A stretch of DNA of 64,000 bases from Dehalococcoidia bacterium (GCA_965209165.1 CBDBQI010000006.1:258891-322890), one strand, 5' to 3'; shown: positions 47,165-55,188, counted from the first letter of the stretch. A program made the numbers and translations. The notes: generated from the letters alone by a model not told the origin.

Positions 47165-47209
47165 TTGACATGCTATATCTCATCACGCTATAGTGTTACG
47201 CGATATAGC
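47165..47209 (+). promoter_or_regulatory. Candidate padR promoter (TTGACA-N18-TATAGT) bracketed by 8-bp inverted repeat GCTATATC/GATATAGC
   Basis: The -35 is at 47165-47170 and the -10 at 47189-47194. Inverted-repeat arms lie at 47172-47179 and 47202-47209. All read directly. Confidence 0.45.
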
Positions 47210-47254
47210 CAGCGCAGCGATCGAAACTGTCTACTGGAAGGAGGCCGGCTGACA

Positions 47255-47620
47255 TTGACGAAGCTAATTCCCCTGGACCTGCTTCCCCTCCCCGTGGCCC
47301 AGCTGCATATCCTGCTGGCCCTGGCCACAGGGGACAAGCACGGATACGCGATCATGAGCGAGGTCGAGGTGCTTACCGAGGGGGCGGTCACGATGGGACC
47401 CGGCACGTTGTACGGGACCGTCAAGAAGATGCTGAAGGCCAGCCTTGTCGAGGAGAGCGACGACCGCCCTGACCCCGAGCTGGACGATCAACGCCGCCGG
47501 TACTACCGGATAACCGGCCTGGGCAAACGGGTACTCGATGCCGAGGTCGACCGGATGGAGCAGCTTGCGCGCACCGCCAGATTGATACGGGAGACTGTCC
47601 CGCGAGGGCCCAGCGCCTGA
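47255..47620 (+). CDS. PadR-family transcriptional regulator
   Basis: TTG start with a GGAAGGAGG RBS. Winged-helix blocks LHILLALATGDKHGYAIMSEV...GPGTLYGTVKKM...YYRITGLGKRVL. Confidence 0.8.
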   Translation: MTKLIPLDLLPLPVAQLHILLALATGDKHGYAIMSEVEVLTEGAVTMGPGTLYGTVKKMLKASLVEESDDRPDPELDDQRRRYYRITGLGKRVLDAEVDRMEQLARTARLIRETVPRGPSA

Positions 47621-47621
47621 C

Positions 47622-47822
47622 ATGCTCTCGGAGCGAGTCTACCGCTGGCTGCTCTTCGCCTATCCGCGGGAGCACCGGCAGGAATACGGCGAGCCGATGG
47701 TCCAGCTGTTCCGCGACCGGATGCGCCGTGATGGCGACGGCTTCCTGGCATTGGCGGTCTGGCTTCACATGGTGTTCGACCTCATTGGGTCGGCATTCGA
47801 AGAACACAGGGAAGGAGTTGTA
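47622..47822 (+). CDS. PadR-associated 'permease-prefix'-like peptide, open in frame into purC
   Basis: VYRWLLFAYPREHRQEYGEPMVQLFRD resembles the N-terminal prefix of PadR-linked membrane proteins. There is no stop codon before the purC ATG at 47823 in the same frame. Confidence 0.3.
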
Positions 47823-48704
47823 ATGAGCAAGCTAGGACTTATGGAGTCTCCTCTGCCCAACCTCGTCTACAGGGGGAAGGTCAGGGACACGCACGAGATG
47901 GACGACAAGCTGTTCCTAATGGTGGCGACGGACCGCATATCCGCCTTCGACGTCGTGCTGCCCACGGCGGTGCCCGACAAGGGCGCGGTGCTGTGCCAGA
48001 TTTCCTACTTCTGGTTCGACCAGACCGAGGACATCGTGCCCAACCACTTCGTCGCCCGGGCTACCGACAGGCCAGAGCTGGACATTCCGGCCAATCTAGC
48101 CCGCCAGGCGATGGTCGTCAGGCGCGCTGAGCGCATCGACGTCGAGTGCGTCATTCGCGGGTACATCACGGGTTCGGCGTGGTCCGAGTACAAGAAGAGC
48201 GGCACCGTCCAGGGGATGCCGATGCCTGCCGGCCTCCAGGAGGGGGACAAGTTCCCGGAGCCGCTGTTCACTCCCACCACCAAGGCCGAGGTGGGCCACG
48301 ACGAGAACATGACCATGGAAGAGGTCGAGGCGATGGTGGGGGTGGACGAGGCCAAGCGGCTTGCCGAGACCACGGCCGCCGTCTACAACAAGGCCCACGA
48401 CATCGCCCTCGCCAAGGGCATCGTCATAGCCGACACGAAGATGGAGTTCGGCTATATCGACGGCGAGCTGACGCTCATCGACGAGCTGCTGACCCCGGAC
48501 TCGAGCCGGTTCTGGGACGCCGAGGGCTACGCGCCCGGCAAGTCCCAGCCCAACTTCGACAAGCAGTACGTCAGGGACTGGCTCGACGACCAGGGCTGGG
48601 ACCACGAGCCCCCGGCTCCTGAGCTGCCCGACGACGTGGTCGAGAAGACCCGGCTGCGCTACATCGAGGCGTACGAGCGGTTGACCGGGCAAAGCCTCCA
48701 GTAG
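47823..48704 (+). CDS. purC: Phosphoribosylaminoimidazole-succinocarboxamide (SAICAR) synthase
   Basis: LVYRGKVRDTHEM..LFLMVATDRISAFDVVLP, ADTKMEFG, DELLTPDSSRFW. A GGGAAGGAG RBS precedes the ATG at 47823. Confidence 0.9.
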   Translation: MSKLGLMESPLPNLVYRGKVRDTHEMDDKLFLMVATDRISAFDVVLPTAVPDKGAVLCQISYFWFDQTEDIVPNHFVARATDRPELDIPANLARQAMVVRRAERIDVECVIRGYITGSAWSEYKKSGTVQGMPMPAGLQEGDKFPEPLFTPTTKAEVGHDENMTMEEVEAMVGVDEAKRLAETTAAVYNKAHDIALAKGIVIADTKMEFGYIDGELTLIDELLTPDSSRFWDAEGYAPGKSQPNFDKQYVRDWLDDQGWDHEPPAPELPDDVVEKTRLRYIEAYERLTGQSLQ

Positions 48705-48720
48705 CGCAGCTGTTGTCCCC

Positions 48721-48763
48721 GGGGCCGGGGACTGGATACCGGCTTCCGCCGGTATGACGGTAT
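48721..48763 (+). repeat. Hairpin repeat family A, copy 2
   Basis: ggggccggggactggataccggcttccgccggtatgacggtat, 17 nt after the purC stop. Confidence 0.7.
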
Positions 48764-48867
48764 GTTGTCGGGCGGCCATTTAAGAGGAACGACGGGGTTG
48801 TGCAAGAGCTCCGGGTGGGTCAGGGCCTCCTGGGGACTCCGCATTGTGGTGTAAGCTCAGGAGCGCC

Positions 48868-49604
48868 ATGACTGAACAACCCCAGTTGTATCGTGACTTG
48901 GCGGGCTGGTTCCACCTGCTCACCGCGCCCCACGAGTACCGTGACGAGGCCAGGTACTACGGCGATCGCATCGTCGAGGCCGCGTCCGGCCAGGTCCGCA
49001 CCGTGCTCGAGATGGGCTCCGGCGGCGGGAACAATGCATCGCACATGAAGCGGCGCTTCACAATGACCCTGTCCGACCTCTCGGCAGAGATGCTCGCGCT
49101 CAGCCGGCGGATCAACCCCGAGCTCGAGCACGTCCAGGGCGACATGCGCTCCCTGAGAATCCCGGGCGCACGGTTCGACGCCGTGTTCGTGCACGACGCA
49201 GCCTCTTACCTCGCCTCCGAAGACGACGTGCGCGCCATGGCAGCCACCGCCGCTTTCCACTGCCGGCCCGGCGGGGCCGCCGTAGTCGTCCCCGACCACG
49301 TCCGAGAGAACTTCGCCCCGCCGTACGTCGAGCGCGGCGGCCACGACTCCCCCGACGGGCACGGCATGCGCTACCTCATGTGGACCACCGACCCCGACCC
49401 CGCCGACTCTACCTACATTGCCGACTTCGCCTACCTGCTGCGAGACGCGATGGGACTGTCCGCGCCGAGCACGACCGGCACGTCTTCGGCATTTTCCCCG
49501 AGGCGCTGTGGACCGGCGCGCTCCAGGACGCGGGTTTCGACGTAACGGTGCAGACCGACCCCTGGGGCGCACGAGTCTTCTCAGGCACAAACCCCGCCGC
49601 CTAA
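48868..49604 (+). pseudogene. Class I SAM-dependent methyltransferase with an apparent frameshift near 49441-49448
   Basis: Motif I is VLEMGSGGG. The reading frame with family-like sequence switches from ...ADFAYLLR (frame of 48844..49545) to RDGTVRAEHDRHVFGIFPEALWTGALQDAGF... (frame of 49380..49604). Confidence 0.6.
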
Positions 49605-49682
49605 GAAGACGCGTTCCCGTGGCCGGCATCGTCCTATCGAGGTTGGCTGACCTCATGCACGTCCCTTGCCGGCAGCGCTCTA

Positions 49683-49711
49683 TTGACCGGCTTTCCGCCT
49701 ATGGACATAAT
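49683..49711 (+). promoter_or_regulatory. Candidate promoter TTGACC-N17-CATAAT upstream of the ERG4/ERG24-like gene
   Basis: Hexamers and 17-nt spacing read directly. 32 nt separate the -10 from ATG 49744, with an AAGGGG RBS in between. Confidence 0.45.
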
Positions 49712-49743
49712 GACCCCATCTCTGGAGCAAGGGGCATTCAGTC

Positions 49744-50889
49744 ATGATCGAATGGCTTGGCATCGAACACCTCTTCGAGCTCTCCGGGACCGAGGCGATC
49801 GCGGGGTTCCTCACCCCGCTGGCGATCTTCGCCGTCTTCTTCGTGGCGCAGCTCATACTGCCGGCGAGGCGGGTTACCGGCTACGTCATCAACCCGGAGA
49901 CGGGCGAGCCCCGCAACTACCGGCTGAACGGCATCCTGGTGTTCGTCATCGCCATCGTCGTGTGGGCATTCGTCTTGGAGCGTATCGGAATACCCCGCGA
50001 CTGGTTCTACCGTTCCTCCATCTATGCGGTGGCCGGCGGGACGGTCTTCTGCTTCATCTTCTCGCTCTGGGCGCTCCTCAGCCAGCCGGAGGGGCACATA
50101 AAGAACCCCTTCCTCGCCTTCTGGGAAGGGCGTTCATTGGAGCTGCCCTTCTTCAACGAGCGCTTCGACGTCAAGATGTACCTGTACGTCGTCGGCGGGA
50201 CGATGTTGTCGCTCAACGCCCTGTCAGGCGCCGCGTACCACTACGAGCTCTTTCCCGAAAACCCCAACCCGGGCGTCTTTCTGTTCGCGGGGTTCCTCAC
50301 GTTCTACGTGTTCGATTACTTCATCTTCGAGCGCGTCCAGCTATACACCTACGACCTGATCCACGAGCACCTCGGCTTCAAACTGATCTGGGGAGGCCTC
50401 GTCATCTACGGATGGCTCTACATACTCCCGCTGTGGGGCATGGCCGTCCACCCGGACCCCGGCTTCTCGACGCCGCTGGCTTATGTCTGGCTCATCGTAA
50501 CGGCCACGCTGTTCATGGTCGGGTGGGGCATCTCGCGCGGCGCGAACATGCAGAAGTACACCTTCAAGCGCTGGCCCGACCGCAAGTTCCTCGGACTCAT
50601 CGAGCCCGAGTACATCCAGGCCGGCGAGCGCAAGATCCTGTGCAGCGGCCTGTGGGGTTACGCCCGTCACTTCAACTACCTCGGCGAGGGGTTCGCCTCC
50701 TTCTCGATGGGGCTGGCATTCGGCCACTTCGGCAATCCCTGGGCATGGACCTACTTCGTCTTCATCGTATCGCTGTTCACCTGGCGCCAGACGGTCGACG
50801 AGAAGAACTGTGCCGAGAAGTACGGGGCGGAGAAGTGGGCCGAGTACCGGAAGCGGGTGAAGTACCGGATTCTTCCCGGCATCTATTGA
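49744..50889 (+). CDS. ERG4/ERG24-family sterol reductase homologue
   Basis: About 8 TM segments. C-terminal signature LWGYARHFNYLGEGF ... DEKNCAEKYGAEKWAEYRKRVKYRILPGIY matches the family hallmarks (RHxNYxGE; KYGxxWxxYxxxVxYRIxPxIY). Confidence 0.85.
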   Translation: MIEWLGIEHLFELSGTEAIAGFLTPLAIFAVFFVAQLILPARRVTGYVINPETGEPRNYRLNGILVFVIAIVVWAFVLERIGIPRDWFYRSSIYAVAGGTVFCFIFSLWALLSQPEGHIKNPFLAFWEGRSLELPFFNERFDVKMYLYVVGGTMLSLNALSGAAYHYELFPENPNPGVFLFAGFLTFYVFDYFIFERVQLYTYDLIHEHLGFKLIWGGLVIYGWLYILPLWGMAVHPDPGFSTPLAYVWLIVTATLFMVGWGISRGANMQKYTFKRWPDRKFLGLIEPEYIQAGERKILCSGLWGYARHFNYLGEGFASFSMGLAFGHFGNPWAWTYFVFIVSLFTWRQTVDEKNCAEKYGAEKWAEYRKRVKYRILPGIY

Positions 50890-50898
50890 TCAGAGGGA

Positions 50899-50920
50899 GG
50901 GCGGGTTTGAAACCCACCCC
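50899..50920 (+). terminator. Hairpin repeat family C, copy 2 (GGGCGGGTTTGAAACCCACCCC)
   Basis: Starts 10 nt after the stop at 50889. One mismatch in the stem. Confidence 0.4.
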
Positions 50921-51072
50921 TACAGGGCGGCCGGCGCCCTGGGGACCGCCAGTGGCATCTGGGCGCCCGCGGTGGCCTACCACGCTGACGTGCGGTGCTC
51001 GCCGCCGGCACGACAGCAGGCCCTCCAGGCCGGTGTCTGATCAACTTCGAGCGCATCGCCACGCCCATGGCC

Positions 51073-52317
51073 TTACGTGTAGTTCGCCTCCGGGCCGCTC
51101 GCCGTGATCTTCCCCGCCGCCACCAGCTCCACCACGTCCTCGAGATCGCTCAGGTACGCGTCCACATACGGCTCGTGGCCCGGCGACTGCATGAACCGGA
51201 TCGCCTTGAACGGCACCGTGTCCTTCGACACCATCCAGCCGCGCTCCTCCATTCCCGCCGCGATGGCGTAGATGTCCATCGTCGTCGACGTGTACGCGAA
51301 CAGCGACATGTCCGGCTCGCCCAGGACCTTCAGCCCCTCGATGGCGTTGATGCGGTCCTGGAACCGTCGCATGTAGCGCATCGTCCCGTCCACCAGCCGC
51401 ATGTACCCCTTCTCGCCCAGGTACATCATCACGGCCCACGCGGCGGCGATGGCCCCGCCCGCCCGGCTGCCCGCGATGGTCGGCGTGGCGTAGTAGCCCT
51501 GCGGCCGCTTCGGCGGGCCGTAGTCGAACACCTGGTACTGGAAGATGTCCTCGTCGCGCGACACTATCGCCGACGCCCCCTTCGCCGTGTACCCGAACTT
51601 GTGCAGGTCCGCCGAGATCGTCGTCACGCCCGGCACCCGGAAGTCCCACGGCGTGACCTCGTACCCCAGCTTCTCGGTGAACGGCAGAAAGTAGCCGCCC
51701 ACGCACGCGTCCACGTGGAAGCTGATGCCCCGCTCAGCCGCCGGAGCCGCCATATCGGGTATCGGGTCCACCATGCCCAGCATCGTGCTCGGCGCGGACC
51801 CTACCATCAGCACGGTGTTGTCCGTGACGGCGGCGTGGTAGGCAGGGACGTCCACCATCCCCTCGGAGGTCAGCGGCGTCGACACGAGCGTGAGCCCGAA
51901 GTAGTCGGCAGCCTTCTGAAACGAGGGGTGCGCCGACTCGGGTGCGACGATCTCCGGCTCGGTCACCTCGGGCCTCAGGGCTCGTGCCCGGTCCCGGGCT
52001 GACTTGACCCCGAGCAGGTTGCTCTCCGTGCCCCCCGACGAGATCGCGCCGACGGCGTCATCGCCGTGCAGCAGGCCCGCCGTCATCTCGATCACCTCCC
52101 GCTCGAACCGGGCCGTGCTCGGGAAGATCGAGGGGTACAGCGCGTTCACCGAGAAGAAGTCGATATAGGCCTGCTGGGCGACCTCCAGCACGTCGTCACC
52201 CGCCGGGTACGACACGCCGGACGCAAGCCGCTCCTTCCACTGCTTGTCGCCCTTCGCCCTCTCACGCATCGTCTCCCGCAGCTCATCCGCCGGCACACCC
52301 TTCCTGTCCAGCTTCAT
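51073..52317 (-). CDS. PLP-dependent group II decarboxylase-fold enzyme, sphingosine-1-phosphate-lyase-like
   Basis: ISSGGTESN, HVDACVGG, and the PLP-lysine motif ISADLHKFGYTAKGAS (compare S1P lyase SxDxHKYGxAPKG). No N-terminal TM segment. Confidence 0.75.
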   Translation of the reverse strand: MKLDRKGVPADELRETMRERAKGDKQWKERLASGVSYPAGDDVLEVAQQAYIDFFSVNALYPSIFPSTARFEREVIEMTAGLLHGDDAVGAISSGGTESNLLGVKSARDRARALRPEVTEPEIVAPESAHPSFQKAADYFGLTLVSTPLTSEGMVDVPAYHAAVTDNTVLMVGSAPSTMLGMVDPIPDMAAPAAERGISFHVDACVGGYFLPFTEKLGYEVTPWDFRVPGVTTISADLHKFGYTAKGASAIVSRDEDIFQYQVFDYGPPKRPQGYYATPTIAGSRAGGAIAAAWAVMMYLGEKGYMRLVDGTMRYMRRFQDRINAIEGLKVLGEPDMSLFAYTSTTMDIYAIAAGMEERGWMVSKDTVPFKAIRFMQSPGHEPYVDAYLSDLEDVVELVAAGKITASGPEANYT

Positions 52318-52500
52318 TTCGGTACTCCTTAGCCGAATCCGTCAATGCTATGAATACAGCGTCCTGCCAACCCTGCATGTCGTCCCGAGCCCCGAGGGAC
52401 CTGGGGCGGGGTCGGCCTCCACCATGCCAAGAGACGGCGGCGCTTTCATCCCATTTGCGTGGCCTTCGCAAGGCGATGGTGGTTCAGGCTTTGGGCGGGA

Positions 52501-52516
52501 TTCCTGCTCGCAGGAA
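52501..52516 (+). repeat. Hairpin repeat family B, copy 2
   Basis: ttcctgctcgcaggaa, identical to the core at 3085..3100. It sits at the left border of the lower-GC island. Confidence 0.5.
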
Positions 52517-52566
52517 CCGTGCCCATCCATCCCCCGCCGTTACATCGGGTGGTGCGTCAGGCTGAA

Positions 52567-52794
52567 TTAGGCAGGGCCTCGTACTATTTTTGTACTTCGG
52601 CGACGAATAGGAGAAGGTGATGCGACTGTCGTTTCAGTGTAGTGGTCTACCAGAGGGTCTCGTAGGTTGCGATATGCCTGCCGGACACTCATCTTTGGGG
52701 GCGATTGCACTACATAACCAATGCTTGCTTTTGGGCCTAGAGACGAAACTTCAAGGCTCACGGCGAGAGTCTCGACTGCTTCCGTAATCTTCAT
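52567..52794 (-). CDS. Hypothetical small protein
   Basis: ATG at 52792-52794 with a GGAGG RBS. No recognisable motif. Lies in the lower-GC region. Confidence 0.3.
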   Translation of the reverse strand: MKITEAVETLAVSLEVSSLGPKASIGYVVQSPPKMSVRQAYRNLRDPLVDHYTETTVASPSPIRRRSTKIVRGPA

Positions 52795-52872
52795 GCGGCC
52801 TCCGGTGGTTGAGATTGTAGGTGCCCAGCGGCTACTGGGCACCTACTCACGAGGATAACATAGGAAAGGGAC

Positions 52873-53040
52873 TTAGCCTCCCCTTGCCCATGCTGCCAAC
52901 AGGAAGAGCAAGCCGACGGTCACCAGCCACGCGCCGTACTGACCCTTTGCAAAGCGACGGTCACGAGAAACGAGGACAGCCCCGACTAAGGCGAACATAA
53001 CTCCAACAAATGCTACTGCTATCACTATCCAATCAGGCAT
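52873..53040 (-). CDS. Small two-TM membrane protein
   Basis: MPDWIVIAVAFVGVMFALVGAVLV...LVTVGLLFLLAAWA. The ATG at 53038-53040 overlaps the end of the DUF805 gene by 8 nt. Confidence 0.35.
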   Translation of the reverse strand: MPDWIVIAVAFVGVMFALVGAVLVSRDRRFAKGQYGAWLVTVGLLFLLAAWARGG

Positions 53041-53416
53041 TACTATGCTCCTTTTCCATGACCCAGCCACCTGGCAAGCCGTATTTGTTTGACTCTAGAC
53101 TGCCTCTAAAGAACCCGAGATAAACCCACAGGGCAATGTTCACGAACGGAACAAAGAGGAACAACACCCACCATCCTGAATGTCCGAGATCATGCAGACG
53201 ACGAGCATGAACTGATGCAATTGCAGGGTATGCGATTAACATTGCCAGAATAACGAAGATTCCAATGGGGTCGCCAAAGGCTCTGGTGTGAGGAAGCCAG
53301 TAGGCTAGTAATAGTGGCCCAACTATCATTGCCGACCAGAACAGGTGATGGCCCCAAAACTCGAAGCGAGTTACTCGACCCGAAAAGCTGAAAGCATTGT
53401 GAAGTGTGAACCGCAT
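53033..53416 (-). CDS. DUF805-family inner membrane protein
   Basis: GRVTRFEFW...VHARRLHDLGHSGWWVL...NKYG are the DUF805 hallmarks. Trimmed to the ATG at 53414-53416, which has a GGAGG RBS. Confidence 0.75.
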   Translation of the reverse strand: MRFTLHNAFSFSGRVTRFEFWGHHLFWSAMIVGPLLLAYWLPHTRAFGDPIGIFVILAMLIAYPAIASVHARRLHDLGHSGWWVLFLFVPFVNIALWVYLGFFRGSLESNKYGLPGGWVMEKEHSNA

Positions 53417-53724
53417 AAAGGTGCCTCCGGTGGTCTGGGATTCTCTTTGCCACAAGTGAATCCTTTATGCGAGCCACACGGAGGCGCGGCAGAGCATCCC
53501 GGCAAACCAAGGGCTCGCTTCATCAGATTCACTTGTGGCATAGCTAATCTTATCTTGGGCGGGTTGGGTAGGTCAAATCGCCAGTTTCCAGACGGTGGCT
53601 GCCCTTGCTCTAGGTACGAGGGCAGGTGTAGAGTCAGGGCTGACGATAGGCTCCCTTCCCTGCTGGTACGATTGGGGCCCGGGTGATATGGTGGCTCTGT
53701 AGGGGATTCCCCAGGGAGGATTTC

Positions 53725-53904
53725 ATGTTAGGTCCCAACGGACGAATGGAGCTGGAGGACGACAACGCCAACGCGGTGAGTGTTGCGCGGGGTCTGCTCA
53801 ACATTGACGACGAGGGCAATGACCTAGCTGAGTCAGACGAGTGCCAGCCCTGTGACGTGGTGGAGGAGCCGGGAATCGAACCCGGTCAGGTCGGTCTAAG
53901 CTAG
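53725..53904 (+). CDS. Possible small acidic protein (59 aa), antisense to the tRNA-like fragment
   Basis: A GGGAGGA RBS lies 4 nt before the ATG. The ORF ends 31 nt before a clean hairpin with a T-tract. Its 3' third is the complement of a tRNA T-arm, so coding status is doubtful. Confidence 0.25.
   Translation: MLGPNGRMELEDDNANAVSVARGLLNIDDEGNDLAESDECQPCDVVEEPGIEPGQVGLS
53858..53885 (-). other. tRNA 3'-end-like fragment (T-arm + acceptor 3' strand + discriminator A + CCA)
   Basis: The minus strand reads CCGGG-TTCGATT-CCCGG-CTCCTCC-A-CCA. Upstream sequence cannot be folded into D and anticodon arms, and no complementary GGAGGAG 5' strand is present. Confidence 0.5.
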
Positions 53905-53935
53905 CCCTACCGCACCAGCGGCTCCCCACCACTAA

Positions 53936-53965
53936 GACCCGTCTCTGCGAGAGGCGGGTCTTTTC
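53936..53965 (+). terminator. Rho-independent terminator-like hairpin
   Basis: gacccgtctc-tgcga-gaggcgggtc forms a 10-bp stem (one G-T pair) followed by tttt. Confidence 0.5.
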
Positions 53966-54129
53966 TATCGTCTCGTGGCCCACATAGAGGGCTGTCAGCT
54001 GGATGTGTTGTTCACACTGTACTAGTCTCCACTCTGTAATAGTTCCCATCTCTTAAGAGCAGTTGACTATTAAATTCGTATCCCCAAAGACGATTTGGCA
54101 GAATAGGGATTCAGAGCGATACTAGTAGT

Positions 54130-55188
54130 ATGAACCAGTTGCCAAAGGCCACCAGGATTCGGATTCTGCAGATGCTCTGCGAAGGCTCCTCGATGCGGTC
54201 TATTTCGAGGGTCAATGATGTGAGCTTTAATACGGTGAACAAGCTGCTCATTGAGGCGGGCCAGGCCTGCCTTGAGTTCCATGACAATCATGTGAGGAAT
54301 GTGAGAGCCAGTATTGTTCAGTGCGACGAGATGTGGACGTTTATCTATGCCAAACAGAAGACCGTGAAGCGGCGAGGAAAGATATACGCCTGGAGAGACA
54401 GGCAGTTAGGACGTGAGCCGAGACTCCAGGTTGAGGGCCACGACTGGCAAGGTGATGCGTGGACTTGGACAGCGGTTGATAAGGAGTCTAAGTTACTCAT
54501 CTCCTGGACCTTGGGCGAAAGAACGAATCAGTACGCCAACAAGCTGGCCGAAGACCTGAAGGGACGACTTGCCGATGGAGACAAGGTGCGCCTTGCAACC
54601 GATGGACTGTCTGCCTATCAGGACGCTATTGACAGAGTATGGAGTCCAGACGAGGAGATTGACTTTGCAAGGACGGTCAAGCTCTACACAGAGACAGGGC
54701 GGTACAAGACCTCGCTAAGGGAGGTGCATCGCGGTCTTCCTCGGCCGGACGACTTTGGTACTACCTCTGTTGAGCGCCTGAACCTAACAATGAGGATGGG
54801 ACAGAAGCGGTATACCCGTCGCGCGAACTCCTTCAGCAAGAAGCTAGAGAACCACAACTACAGCCTAGCCCTGTTCTTTGTGTTCTACAACTTCATGCGA
54901 CCCCACATGACTCTGAACAGGCGGAACAAGAGACGGCGAACTACCCCTGCAATGGCAGCGAAGCTAGCCTTGCGGCCCATGACTTGGGAGACCCTGCTGG
55001 ACTACATTGACAGCCGGCGACCCAAGCCAGTGCGTGGTCCGTACCGGCCTCATACGAGGCCGAATGCAAGGAAGCGACCTGAGCCCAGGTGGGTGAACCC
55101 GAAGCCGTGCAGAGACGGCAAGTCAGTAGTCACGAGGAGGATAGGCAATGACCTTAGCCCTAATACCGGTGGCTCTTGTTTGACCTAG
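54130..55188 (+). CDS. IS1-family transposase (single ORF)
   Basis: N-terminal HTH (RIRILQMLCEGSSMRSISRV), QCDEMWTFI, and SVERLNLTMRMGQKRYTRRANSFSKKLENHNYSLALFFVFYNFMRPH, which is characteristic of IS1-family DDE transposases. Element ends not resolved. Confidence 0.75.
   Translation: MNQLPKATRIRILQMLCEGSSMRSISRVNDVSFNTVNKLLIEAGQACLEFHDNHVRNVRASIVQCDEMWTFIYAKQKTVKRRGKIYAWRDRQLGREPRLQVEGHDWQGDAWTWTAVDKESKLLISWTLGERTNQYANKLAEDLKGRLADGDKVRLATDGLSAYQDAIDRVWSPDEEIDFARTVKLYTETGRYKTSLREVHRGLPRPDDFGTTSVERLNLTMRMGQKRYTRRANSFSKKLENHNYSLALFFVFYNFMRPHMTLNRRNKRRRTTPAMAAKLALRPMTWETLLDYIDSRRPKPVRGPYRPHTRPNARKRPEPRWVNPKPCRDGKSVVTRRIGNDLSPNTGGSCLT

Noticed and set aside
52380-52420. GGTCGGCCTCCACCA at the left island border as the second att repeat matching the tRNA-like fragment.
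   Set aside because: Only about 8-9 nt (CTCCACCA) are shared, the orientation relative to the fragment is opposite, and there is no T-arm. This is not distinguishable from chance.
53460-54090. Possible tmRNA (ssrA), standard or permuted, suggested by the T-arm/ACCA end with U70 and a nearby GGGGAT sequence.
   Set aside because: No 5' strand complementary to CTCCTCC lies at a plausible distance on the minus strand (GGGGATA pairs only 4 of 7). No tag ORF ends in ..LAA-stop in any frame. No GGAGGAG or GGGGGAG follows the CCA, as a permuted gene would need. On the plus strand there is no T-arm before CCCCACCA and no G3:U70. It is kept only as a tRNA-like fragment. A covariance-model search should still be run.
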